Source of the DNA: an uncultured Bacteroidota bacterium | GTDB lineage: Bacteria; Bacteroidota; Bacteroidia; NS11-12g; UBA9320 | Reading direction: 5' to 3' | Length of the DNA stretch: 64,000 bases | Assembly: GCA_913054375.1 (NCBI GenBank) | Contig: CAJXIQ010000001.1 | Span: 1,200 to 65,199, forward strand | Shown: positions 9,650 through 19,900 of the stretch, one piece after another | How the letters are laid out: each line of letters begins with the position of its first letter | How positions within the stretch are numbered: the first letter of the stretch is position 1 | Notes under the pieces: generated by a model | What the model saw: the letters and a program-made list of their open reading frames with translations, nothing else | Told to the model about the DNA's origin: nothing | Database searches by the model: none | Position numbers and translations under genes: made by a program

Positions 9650-11118
9650 CCTCTGGCAGATTCAAAGTACTTGCTGAGTGGTTGCTCGTTGGGGCGTTTT
9701 TGGTGGTGTTATCCATCCCCCTTTGGCTCAAAGTAGATAGTTTGCCTATACGCTTGTTTGACGAAGCTCAAAATGCTGTGAATGCCCTAGAGATGTCTGA
9801 AACACACAACTGGCTTGTGAGAACGTACGACTACCAACCCGACACTTTTGATTGTAAGCCACCTCTCCTTATCTGGTTTCAGGTTTTATCTATAAAAGCA
9901 CTTGGGGTTAGTGAATTATCTATTCGTCTACCATCGGTCGTTTTTTCTATTCTTTCTTTGTTTGTACTGTTTCTTCTTGTTTTCAAAATAACAGACAAGA
10001 AGTGGCCGGGCCTACTTGCTGCACTCATTACCGTAACCTCTGCAGGTTTCTATGGAGATCACGCAGGCAGATTTGGAGACCATGAAGCACTACTAATCCT
10101 CTTGATATTGGTATTTCTTTATTGCCTATATAGCTACTCACACAACCCAAAAAGTAACTACATATACCGCATGGGAGCAGCGATCGCCTTGGGTGTTTTG
10201 TGCAAAAGCGTTGCTATCCTCATGATATTGCCAGGCTCTGTTTTGTACTTGTGGTTTTTTAATCATCTTACTGGCTTGTTTACAGATAAACACCTCTACT
10301 ATGCTACGTTTGGTTCGCTACTGATTATTGCTTTTTACTATCTGGGTAGAACCTATTTTCAACCGGACTACCTATATACCGTATGGCACGGCGAACTGCT
10401 ACCACGGTTCATAAATACCTCAGAAACCCATGATTTTAGATACATCAGCTTTAGGTTCTACTTTGAACTCATGTACACAGAAAAGTTTGTTTTGTGGTCT
10501 GTGCTTGTTCCTTTTACCGTCTTAATTCCATTGGTAAAACTCCAATTTACCAAGGAGTGGTCTTTCTGGTTTGTAAATGGATTTACCCTCCTACTCATTC
10601 TGTCTGCCGGCACCAAGCACTATTGGTATATAGCACCCGTAATTCCAATCTTTGCCGGACTAATAGCTATAAGCGTTTTTCACTTGTTACAAGAGTATAA
10701 AATAGTGGGTACTGTTGCGCTTTTACCCGTATTACTCATAGGCTTAAGCACATATAAGACAGCCTACGAATATGCATTTCACCCTGCCGAAAAATGGAAT
10801 GAGTGGGAAAGTTATGGTATTTCACACTTTCTTACAGAGCCCGATCACCTGAAGAATGTTAGCTCAAACACCAAAATACTATTGAGGCCATACAATGCCC
10901 ATGAAGCATACCGCTTTTACCTCAAATTATTAAAAAAAGATACGGGGTTAGATATGGTACGAACCTCGTTCCCCGAACTAGCTATAGGAGACACGATACT
11001 AAGCCATCATAAAATGGTGTACGATAGTCTTATTATAGATTACGGGGTGGAAGTGCTGGACAGCTCATATAAATACACCAAGCTAACGGTGTTGCACCAA
11101 AAAGACGCTGAAGAATGA
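9646..11118 (+). CDS. GT-C fold membrane glycosyltransferase of the ArnT/PMT-like family (GT83/GT39 type), paralog 1.
   Basis: It has 10+ TM segments, a first-loop FDEAQNAVNALEM motif (acidic DE), a KPPLLIWFQ motif and HAGRFGDHEAL. It is translationally coupled to the upstream TPR gene. Confidence 0.7.
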   Translation: MTSGRFKVLAEWLLVGAFLVVLSIPLWLKVDSLPIRLFDEAQNAVNALEMSETHNWLVRTYDYQPDTFDCKPPLLIWFQVLSIKALGVSELSIRLPSVVFSILSLFVLFLLVFKITDKKWPGLLAALITVTSAGFYGDHAGRFGDHEALLILLILVFLYCLYSYSHNPKSNYIYRMGAAIALGVLCKSVAILMILPGSVLYLWFFNHLTGLFTDKHLYYATFGSLLIIAFYYLGRTYFQPDYLYTVWHGELLPRFINTSETHDFRYISFRFYFELMYTEKFVLWSVLVPFTVLIPLVKLQFTKEWSFWFVNGFTLLLILSAGTKHYWYIAPVIPIFAGLIAISVFHLLQEYKIVGTVALLPVLLIGLSTYKTAYEYAFHPAEKWNEWESYGISHFLTEPDHLKNVSSNTKILLRPYNAHEAYRFYLKLLKKDTGLDMVRTSFPELAIGDTILSHHKMVYDSLIIDYGVEVLDSSYKYTKLTVLHQKDAEE

Positions 11119-11175
11119 GAGGCATTGGCAACATAAAGTACTTATTTTTGAAATAATTTCTCAACTAAAAAAGCA

Positions 11176-12666
11176 GTGAACACCAGAAAGCTTCTATACT
11201 TATTCCTTTCTATACTGGGACTTTTTATCCTAACTGTACCCCTATGGCTTAAGGTAGATCTGCTACCTATGCGAATATGGGATGAATCACGAAACGCTGT
11301 AAATGCAATAGAAATGTACCAAACCAACAATTGGCTGGTACGTACGTTCAACTTTGCTCCAGAAACATACGAACTAAAGCCTCCTTTACTCACATGGTTT
11401 CAGGTTGGCTCTCTGCATATTTTGGGCCTCAATGAGCTAGGTATACGTATGCCGTCAGTGTTGTTTAGCATTATCACTTTACTACTGCTCTTCTCCCTTA
11501 TCTACAAAATGACAGACAACCCGTTTCTGGGTTTATTAGCGGCTACTGTTACCGCCACATCTGCCGGCTTCTACGCCGAGCATGCTGGTAGGTTTGGAGA
11601 CCACGAGGCTCTGCTTGTTTGTTTAAGCATGTGGCTGTTTTATACCGTCTACCACTACAGTACAACGCTAAAATCTAAGTACATCTACCTCTCGGGCATA
11701 AGCATTACTTTGGGAATACTCTGCAAAAGTGTGGCTATTGGAATGGTGCTTCCTGGGCTTATTTTATTCTTACTATACGACCGAAAGATGTTGGGTCTAC
11801 TTAAAAGCGGGCACACCTACTTAGCATTTTTTATCGCGATCACGCCAGTATTTGCCTACTACTTTCTACGAGAACAAGCACAATCCGGATACTTAGACTT
11901 GGTATGGACATGGGAACTGTTCCCTAGGTTTTTCAATACAGCCTCAGAGGTAACTTTCAAAGATGCGGGTTTTGGATATTACTTTGGCTTAATGAAAAAC
12001 AATAAAATGGAGTTTTGGGTGTGGTCATTTCCATTGATCATTTTGGCACCGTTTGCTGCCAAAAATATTAATCCAAAATGGGCTTTTTGGGTTCTCCCCT
12101 CAGTAGTTTTTTTGCTTATAATATCTAGCGGCACTAAAAACTTTTGGTATCTAGCACCAGTAGTTCCTATGCTAGCTGGAGCTATTGCTATAAGTGCTCA
12201 TATAGTAATTAAAGGAGAGACAAAAAGAATGCCTTGGGTAATTATTCCACTATCAATAATGGCTACTTTAAGTTTTCAAAAAGCATACGAATATGCTTTT
12301 AGTCCTCAAGAAAAGTATTTTGAATGGGAAACCAATGGTATTTCGCACTACCTAAAAGATGAGAAGCATGTTGCCAACCTGAGCTCGAATACTAAAATAT
12401 TGCTAGACGAAAAGTATGGATACGAACCACATAAATTTTACTTAAACAAACTAAATATAGAACGGGGTTTAGATATAAAAAGAACGGAACTTTATCACCT
12501 AAACCCTAATGATACCTTACTTATATCGCATGAAAGCACTTATAAAACATTAAGTAAAAAGTATCAAATAGAGATGTTAGATAGCTCCTACAGTCATACC
12601 AAACTGCTAGTTATACAACCTCTAATCCAAGTAGACTCTATAAGCAATCTCAGCTCTATAGAGTAA
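11176..12666 (+). CDS. GT-C fold membrane glycosyltransferase of the ArnT/PMT-like family, paralog 2.
   Basis: It is collinear with paralog 1 and carries the same WDESRNAVNAIEM, KPPLLTWFQ and HAGRFGDHEAL motifs, but is clearly diverged. It starts with GTG. A TAttTTTG box lies at 11143-11150. Confidence 0.7.
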   Translation: MNTRKLLYLFLSILGLFILTVPLWLKVDLLPMRIWDESRNAVNAIEMYQTNNWLVRTFNFAPETYELKPPLLTWFQVGSLHILGLNELGIRMPSVLFSIITLLLLFSLIYKMTDNPFLGLLAATVTATSAGFYAEHAGRFGDHEALLVCLSMWLFYTVYHYSTTLKSKYIYLSGISITLGILCKSVAIGMVLPGLILFLLYDRKMLGLLKSGHTYLAFFIAITPVFAYYFLREQAQSGYLDLVWTWELFPRFFNTASEVTFKDAGFGYYFGLMKNNKMEFWVWSFPLIILAPFAAKNINPKWAFWVLPSVVFLLIISSGTKNFWYLAPVVPMLAGAIAISAHIVIKGETKRMPWVIIPLSIMATLSFQKAYEYAFSPQEKYFEWETNGISHYLKDEKHVANLSSNTKILLDEKYGYEPHKFYLNKLNIERGLDIKRTELYHLNPNDTLLISHESTYKTLSKKYQIEMLDSSYSHTKLLVIQPLIQVDSISNLSSIE

Positions 12667-13563
12667 TCCATTGTCGTAGTCTGTATTCAACTGAACCCTA
12701 TCGTCTCCAAATCGGAAGAGACTTAGCCCAAAGTCAATCTTGTCGTCATTCTCATAGACTTGAAAAGAGCGCCCCAACGATAAGCCAGCCACTCCCCTTA
12801 CTATAACCCCTTTTATGGGTTCAAAGCCTATGTGTGCCGCAATCTCATTAGATAAGTGATGCATATAAAATGGTTGTGCAACATTGGCAGGTGTACGTAT
12901 GGTGGGGCCGTTTAAATTGTAGGATTTCACCGTAGCCCTCCAATTTACACCCACCGTCACCTTTGGCCTAATGCTATAGTTTATCTTAGCGTACGATGGT
13001 ATTATTACATCCATTTCTAGTTTGTCTTTTTTGTAATAAAACCCAAAGAGCGGAACCAAAAAAGGACCGAATTTATCTCCATTTGCATAAGCACCAAACT
13101 TGTATGTCAAATGCTCACTCCTCTTCATTTTGGCTAGGCCTAAAGCCCCAAACTGGAAATCTTGACGACCTACCTTGTCCTCAAAACGCGATGCTAACTT
13201 GGGAAGCAGTAGGACGGTTGTGCTCCATTTTTCCGAGTGTTTCAGATTTATTCCTAACTTAAGTATATAGGAAGAAACAGGCATTTTTTCTGTGTATTCC
13301 CACAAACGTGTATCTACCCTATCGTAGACAACTCCAGTAATGATTGCGTTTCCATTTTTTAGTTTTAAGGGTACGGTGAGGTTAATATTGAGTTTTTGTA
13401 GGTCTGTAGTGCTATCTGAACTGGTGAACGTGTTTTGCGGTGTAGCGGTATACTCCGAGTAGAATACATCTACATAATTTTGGGCACAAGACAGTACGCT
13501 TATACCCAGAAATCCTATCAATTTAAATATTCGCATTCTTACACAATGATACTCAAAATTCAA
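12622..13563 (-). CDS. Hypothetical outer membrane protein.
   Basis: It has a signal peptide (MRIFKLIGFLGISVLSCAQN) and beta-rich sequence. It converges on the GT-C paralog 2 gene and overlaps its 3' end. Confidence 0.55.
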   Translation of the reverse strand: MNFEYHCVRMRIFKLIGFLGISVLSCAQNYVDVFYSEYTATPQNTFTSSDSTTDLQKLNINLTVPLKLKNGNAIITGVVYDRVDTRLWEYTEKMPVSSYILKLGINLKHSEKWSTTVLLLPKLASRFEDKVGRQDFQFGALGLAKMKRSEHLTYKFGAYANGDKFGPFLVPLFGFYYKKDKLEMDVIIPSYAKINYSIRPKVTVGVNWRATVKSYNLNGPTIRTPANVAQPFYMHHLSNEIAAHIGFEPIKGVIVRGVAGLSLGRSFQVYENDDKIDFGLSLFRFGDDRVQLNTDYDNGLLYRAEIAYRVYLD

Positions 13564-13623
13564 AAGGTCTTTTACACTCGTTCTTTTTTTGTCTCTCTGT
13601 GGGTCTTACATTTACCGTTCATT

Positions 13624-14082
13624 ATGTTTCACATTGTTTTACTAGAACCTAGAATGCCCGGCAACGTAGGGACAATTGGTCGATTGGCGGTAGCTACGGG
13701 TTGCGTACTCCATCTTATTAAACCCTATGGTTTTAAAGCCATAAATGAGGAAAAAGTGAAACGTGCAGGAATGGACTATTGGGCAGATCTCAATTTTGTA
13801 GAATATGACACCATTGAGGAATTCTGGGCCAAACACCCTTTTAACGATAGGCATTTTCTTGCCACTAAAAAGGCTCCTAAAGCCTATACTGAATTTCGTT
13901 TTAAGCCCAACGACTTTCTTTATTTTGGAAGAGAAGATGTGGGCCTACCTGAGCCTCTAGCTAACCAACACCCAGACTTGTGCTTATCTATCCCTATGGT
14001 AAGCGGTGCACGCTCTCTAAATATTGCCAATGCTGCTTCTGTATTGGTATATGAAGCTTGGCGACAGTGTAAAAAACACTAA
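13624..14082 (+). CDS. trmL: tRNA (cytidine/uridine-2'-O)-methyltransferase, SpoU/TrmL family.
   Basis: MFHIVLLEPRMPGNVGTIGRLAVATGCVLHLIKP.. is a typical TrmL N-terminus. The ORF track extends upstream to 13435, but the conserved start is the ATG at 13624. Confidence 0.85.
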   Translation: MFHIVLLEPRMPGNVGTIGRLAVATGCVLHLIKPYGFKAINEEKVKRAGMDYWADLNFVEYDTIEEFWAKHPFNDRHFLATKKAPKAYTEFRFKPNDFLYFGREDVGLPEPLANQHPDLCLSIPMVSGARSLNIANAASVLVYEAWRQCKKH

Positions 14083-14154
14083 ATTGCTTTTTTATTCATT
14101 CTGTCTAATTGAAAACAGAAGTATTTTTGATATACTAATAAGATAAGAATATAC

Positions 14155-15372
14155 GTGGAATCTAATTTAAAAGAAGCAGTTGAACAGAAATTTGGAGCTA
14201 AAATTCTGAATCGTGGGGATTGTGAAAAACTAGCACAAGTAATCTCTGATCAAACAGGCAATGGCGTAAACTATAACACTCTCAGGCGCATGTATGGCTT
14301 AGCTCCACCCGTAAAGGTGCGTATAAATACTTTGAATACGCTAAGTATTTATGTTGGGTACAGTTCTTACTACCAGTTTCGAAAAGAATCTCCTTATGAG
14401 GTAAGTTGGTCTGCGAGTTTGAAAATATATGAATACCTGTTCTCCCCAAATCAAGAGTCGCTAATAGCCTTGATAAAAAATAATATGCTAAAAAATGAGG
14501 ACTATTTACTCCCTCTCATTAACATTATTAGAGAATATATAATTGACCACAGAATAGATGAATTGGTTCGCTTATTTAATTCAGAATCCCTCAACCCCGA
14601 AAAGTTTAGATACAAGCAAAAGCTCATATTGGGCAATTCTGTGGGCATACTGCTGCGTACGCATAGTCTGTCAAAAAAAGAGGTTTTAAAACTATCTAAA
14701 TCTAGTTTTTATAGAACCTGCATATTTGAAATATTTGTAGATTACTCATCGTTTGACGGTTATTATTCATCCTTTTTGAGCGTATTGCACAACAGCAGAC
14801 TTTACAAAAACAAAATATTTGTAAAGTGCCTTTTGAACACAAAAGCATACTTAAATTGTACCCCAACCACCATATTTCTGCTTAAAAACAAAGAAATAAA
14901 ACCATTGCACCCCATTTTAAAAGGCAGGTATTTTTCAAACTTCTTACTGGATCAGGTACATACCAAAGATTTTTTTTATTCGATCAAAAGATACGTTGAT
15001 CCAATCAATATGTTTCAGCTTTTCTATGAGCCAATGGTTATCTCTATTGTCACTAAAAATATTTCAGCTCAGGCGTGGCTCATAGAACAAATAGAAACAC
15101 AAAAGAAGCGCCACAATTATGGTGAGCCACACTACAATGAGGTATATAAACTCATGCAAACCCAATACCACCAATCCTCTGGTAATTTCAAAAAAGCTAG
15201 GGATATGTTTGCAACAATAAATACCGATAATTTCATCCTTAGCTATAAATCATTTCTCTTGTTTTTCTATCACGAAGTAGGATATTGCTTATCTAAAACT
15301 GAGGAAATGCGAAGCCTACTAAAGCTGTCACTAAAAAATAATCCGTACAAGCGACTTCGTAAAATGATGTAA
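14155..15372 (+). CDS. Hypothetical protein with a possible N-terminal HTH and a helical C-terminal region. The gene is markedly lower in GC than its flanks.
   Basis: Residues ~20-50 (DCEKLAQVISDQTGNGVNYNTLRRMYGL) have a helix-turn-helix-like pattern. The remaining ~350 aa are Y/F/K/N-rich. The gene is visibly AT-richer than the adjacent trmL and dinB genes. Confidence 0.5.
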   Translation: MESNLKEAVEQKFGAKILNRGDCEKLAQVISDQTGNGVNYNTLRRMYGLAPPVKVRINTLNTLSIYVGYSSYYQFRKESPYEVSWSASLKIYEYLFSPNQESLIALIKNNMLKNEDYLLPLINIIREYIIDHRIDELVRLFNSESLNPEKFRYKQKLILGNSVGILLRTHSLSKKEVLKLSKSSFYRTCIFEIFVDYSSFDGYYSSFLSVLHNSRLYKNKIFVKCLLNTKAYLNCTPTTIFLLKNKEIKPLHPILKGRYFSNFLLDQVHTKDFFYSIKRYVDPINMFQLFYEPMVISIVTKNISAQAWLIEQIETQKKRHNYGEPHYNEVYKLMQTQYHQSSGNFKKARDMFATINTDNFILSYKSFLLFFYHEVGYCLSKTEEMRSLLKLSLKNNPYKRLRKMM

Positions 15373-15702
15373 CGCTTCCAATGGAAATTTTAACTGCCGG
15401 CTCTTATCCCGACCAATGTCTAGTGATTTTATTAGCCTGAAAATCATAGTGCTAAATTTCAACGGTGAGTTGCTGCCCGGTTAAGAATCGGGTTGATTTG
15501 GAGCACCAGGAGACTTTATTCCATTTAGCTTAGTTTAACCCTATATACATCTTTAAAGGTCAAACTACTAAGCACGATACGAAGTGTTTCTCTACGAAAG
15601 AAGCACTCTACAATCTGCTTTTTTCTTTCTCTCTTATCCACATTCTCTTGCTTTCTATTTTTCTTTGTGGTTAAATTATAATCAACAAAAGAGATAATAA
15701 TA

Positions 15703-16914
15703 TTGCCTAAACAAATAGTACACATGGACCTAGACACCTTCTACGTATCTGTAGAACGACTCATCGATTCGCGGCTCGTAGGCAAACCCGTAATGCTAGG
15801 TGGAGTAGGCGACAGAGGTGTGGTAGCTAGCTGCAGTTATGAGGCTCGCACCTTTGGAGTATATAGCGGTATGAGTATGAAAATGGCCCGTCTACTTTGC
15901 CCGCAAGGAATAGTAATAAAAGGCAATTCCGGAACCTACTCCAAGTACTCCAAAACGATAACAGAAATTATACGCGAAACCGCCCCTATAGTTGAGAAGA
16001 GCAGTATAGATGAGTTTTACTTGGACCTTACGGGAATGGACCGGTTTTTTGGATGCTACAAGCTAGCTAGTGAGCTACGAACCCGCATTACCAAAGAAAC
16101 AGGGTTGCCCATATCTTTTGGTATGTCTATAAATAAAACAGTGAGCAAGATAGCTACCGGTGAAGCCAAACCAGATAACCAGTTGAAAATAGACTTTGGC
16201 AATGAAAAACCTTTCCTAGCTCCACTATCTGTAAAAAAAATACCGATGATAGGCAAAAAAACAGCTTTTATGCTCAGCCGTATGGGCGTACAAAAAATAC
16301 ACACCTTGCAAGAAATGCCGTTGGAATTGCTCGAAAAAGCTTTTGGGAAAAATGGGAAAATAATGTGGCAAAAAGCGAACGGAATAGACCATAGTCTCCT
16401 CATTCCCTACCATGAAAAAAAGAGTATAAGCACCGAACGCACCTTCATGAAAGACACTATAGATGTCCGCAAACTCAAAGATATGGTAGTGGCTATGGTA
16501 GAGCAACTGGCCTACGAACTGCGTCGCGATCAGCGGGTATGTTCCACTATAAACATCAAGTTACGGTACTCCGACTTTCAGACAGTAAGCAAACAAAAGA
16601 AGATACCTTATACTGCAGCTGACCATACACTCATGGGCCACGCAAAAGACCTCTTTGACTCGCTATACAGTCGTAGAGTTCGGATACGATTGGTGGGAGT
16701 AAAATTGGGTGATTTGGCGGGTGGCGGCCACCAAATAGATCTTTTTAATGATGATGACAGAAGCATTGATCTATACCAAGCTATGGATGCTATGAAAGAC
16801 CGCTACGGATCCAATGCCGTAAGACGCAGCGTTGCTATAGAAGTAAAGGGGCTCGGTAGAGGCAACCCTTTTAGTGGAGAACCCAATGTCGTACCCGCTC
16901 ATCGAAACGCATGA
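15703..16914 (+). CDS. dinB: Y-family DNA polymerase (DinB/Pol IV-like) with intact catalytic residues.
   Basis: The motifs HMDLDTFYVSVE (catalytic Asp), SIDEFYLDLTG (the D/E pair) and a QIDLF clamp-binding-like motif are present. The start is either the TTG at 15703 or the ATG at 15724. Confidence 0.85.
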   Translation: MPKQIVHMDLDTFYVSVERLIDSRLVGKPVMLGGVGDRGVVASCSYEARTFGVYSGMSMKMARLLCPQGIVIKGNSGTYSKYSKTITEIIRETAPIVEKSSIDEFYLDLTGMDRFFGCYKLASELRTRITKETGLPISFGMSINKTVSKIATGEAKPDNQLKIDFGNEKPFLAPLSVKKIPMIGKKTAFMLSRMGVQKIHTLQEMPLELLEKAFGKNGKIMWQKANGIDHSLLIPYHEKKSISTERTFMKDTIDVRKLKDMVVAMVEQLAYELRRDQRVCSTINIKLRYSDFQTVSKQKKIPYTAADHTLMGHAKDLFDSLYSRRVRIRLVGVKLGDLAGGGHQIDLFNDDDRSIDLYQAMDAMKDRYGSNAVRRSVAIEVKGLGRGNPFSGEPNVVPAHRNA

Positions 16915-16939
16915 TCTCATCAGAGCAATTTAATGTAAA

Positions 16940-19900
16940 ATGTACCTAAACTGCCATACATATTACTCTTTCAAATACGGGACAATGTCACCCGAAGAGT
17001 TGTTGTATGAGGCTGATATTGCCTATAGAAACACACCTCTCCAACCTGTTTCTACCGTAGGTGCGATCGCACTAACAGACATCAACAGTACCTCTGGCTG
17101 TTTATATCACGCTTTGCTGTGCCAAAAAAACAACTGGCCCGTAATAATGGGTGTCGATTTTAGAATAGGAAACAAGCAGCAATTCATCGCCATAGCAAGA
17201 GATAATGAGGGTTTTCAAAATATAAATTTTTACCTGTCTGAATTTTTACTGCAAAAAAAGAATGCACCTTGCGGTACATTCCCAAAAGCCCCCATCCTTA
17301 AAAATTCCTACATCGTTTATCCATTAAAAAATGTACCTGACAGACCTTTGCGAAGCAACGAATACATTGGAATAAGCCATACAGATTTATTTGTTTTTCA
17401 GGCGAAGGGCGCCCATTCTTCAAAAACACAAATACACAATAAGTACGTGGCTCTAAACACTGTTACCTTCCGCAATAAGCGAGATTTTAACGCTCACAGG
17501 CTGCTACGGGCTATAGATAAAAACGCTCTACTCAGCAAACTCCCCACCAAGGAGCAGGGGGAGATTCACCACACTTTTTATTCGCAAAAAAAAATACTGC
17601 AATTGTATTGCAACTACGAATATTTATTAGAAAACACCAAAAATCTATTGTCCCATTGCCGCCTACATTTTGATTTTAACGATAAGGCAAAACTAGCCAA
17701 CAAAAAGACCTTCACCCAAACTCAAAAACAAGACTACCAGTTATTAGAACAGCTCACAAAAGAGGGGCTCGTTTACCGGTTTGGCAATGCCATATCGCAA
17801 GAAATAAAAGAGCGCGTAGCCAAAGAGTTAAGCACCATAAAGCAGTGCAACTTTGTGCCGTATTTTCTCATAAATCACAACATAGTAACCTATGCCCGCA
17901 AACAAGGATACTTCTACGTAGGCCGAGGAAGTGGCGCCAATAGCCTGATAGCTTATCTACTCCGCATCACCAATGTAGATCCTATAGAATTGGATCTCTA
18001 CTTCGAACGGTTCATAAATACAAGTCGAAAGTCTCCTCCAGATTTTGATATAGATTTTAGCTGGCGAGACCGCCAAGATGTAACGCGATACATATTCGAA
18101 ACATTTCCCAATACCGCTTTGATGGGAAGTTTTGTTACCTTCCAAGCTCGATCGGTCATACGCGAAATCGGTAAAGTGTTGGGTTTGCCGGCAGACGAAA
18201 TAAAAAACATACAACATACCGATAAGCCGCAACACCTCGATCACCTGGGTAAACTCTGCATTCTCTACAGCCAGTACATTCACGGTTTTCCGAATCACCT
18301 AAGTATACACAGCAGTGGTATCGTAATCACAGAAAGACCCATCCAATACTATGGTGCTACCAATATGCCGCCCAAAGGGTTTCCTACCGCACATTTTGAC
18401 ATGCACATAGCTGAAGATGTTGGCATATACAAATACGATATATTGGGACAACGCGGATTGGGGAAAATAAAAGATACCATTGGCATCATAAAACAAAACC
18501 AGCCCGATGCAGACGCTTTTGATATAGATGATATAGCCCGGTTCAAAGAAGATGAAAAAATAAAAGACCTGCTGCGTCGTGGAGATACTATGGGCTGCTT
18601 TTATGTAGAAAGTCCCGCTATGCGCGCACTTATGCGAAAACTAAGGGTAGACAACTACCGAGGGTTGGTGGCCGCTAGCTCTATTATTCGTCCTGGAGTG
18701 AGCAACAGTGGAATGATGGCTGAATACATAAAACGTCACCGTAACAAAGAAGCTAGAGCGGCCACACACCCTGTGCTTGCCAAAATACTACACGATACCT
18801 ATGGAATAATGGTGTACCAAGAGGATGTACTCAAGGTTGCTCACCATTTTGCTGGTCTCACACTAGAAGAATCTGATGTATTGAGGCGTGGGATGAGTTT
18901 GAAATTCAGAGACCGAACAGAGTTTAAAACCGTAAAAAAATTCTTTTTTAACAACTGCAAAGCCAAAGGGTACCACCCTGTGCTCACCAAAGAAGTATGG
19001 GCGCAAATAGAGAGTTTTGCTAGCTATGCATTTGCCAAAGGGCACTCGGCTAGTTATGCTGTAGAAAGTTATCAAAGTCTTTTCTTAAAAGCATATTTCC
19101 CGCTAGAATATATGGTGGCTACGATCAATAATTTTGGCGGGTTTTACCGTACAGAGCAGTACATACAAGAAGCTAGACTGAAGGGTGCGCACATAGCAGA
19201 ACCGTGTATAAATCATAGCAATTTTGACACTACAATAGCCGGTAAAAATATTTTTATCGGTTTTCAACATGTAGCAGGATTAGAGGGAAGAGTAGTAGAT
19301 GCTCTACTGGCCAACCGTGAAAAAAATGGCCTGTTTGATAGCCTAGAAGATTTTACCCAACGAATAAGCGTAAGCCTAGACCAAACGGTAATATTAATTC
19401 GCATCAATGCTTTTCGGTTTACCCACAAAACCAAACACTGGCTCTTATGGAAAGCGCATTTTCTACTAGCAGCAATAAGCAAAAGCTCGGCTCACCCCTC
19501 GCTTTTTTCTCAGTTTAACAATACCCAAAAAGTAACTATCCCCGAATTAGATAGCATGCCGCACGAAGACACTATGGATGAAATAGCCTACTTAGGGTTT
19601 CCTATGTGTTCACCCTTTGACTTGATAGACGAGGACGATAAAAAAAGCTGCATCGTAAGTGCCCGTTTTGAGCAAAATTTAGACAAAGACATTACCTTGT
19701 TGGGCTACCTTGTACATACTAAACGTACCAAAACTAAAGGCAGAATAGAGCAAGAAATGTTCTTTGGGACATGGATGGACATGGACGGACAATTTTTTGA
19801 TAGTGTTCATTTTCCACTTATCGCAAGACGGTACAAATTTAAAGGGCGAGGCGTTTACTTGATAAAAGGTAGGGTAACTTCTGACTTTGGGCATTATACA

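Noticed and set aside
15703-16914. Calling the Y-family polymerase an inactive ImuB adaptor because it precedes dnaE2.
   Set aside because: Both catalytic acidic motifs (MDLD and SIDE) are intact, so it is described as a DinB-like active polymerase. The ImuB label would require loss of these residues.
17957-19894. Multiple short antisense and alternate-frame ORFs within dnaE2.
   Set aside because: They lie entirely within a conserved polymerase CDS and show no coding signal of their own.
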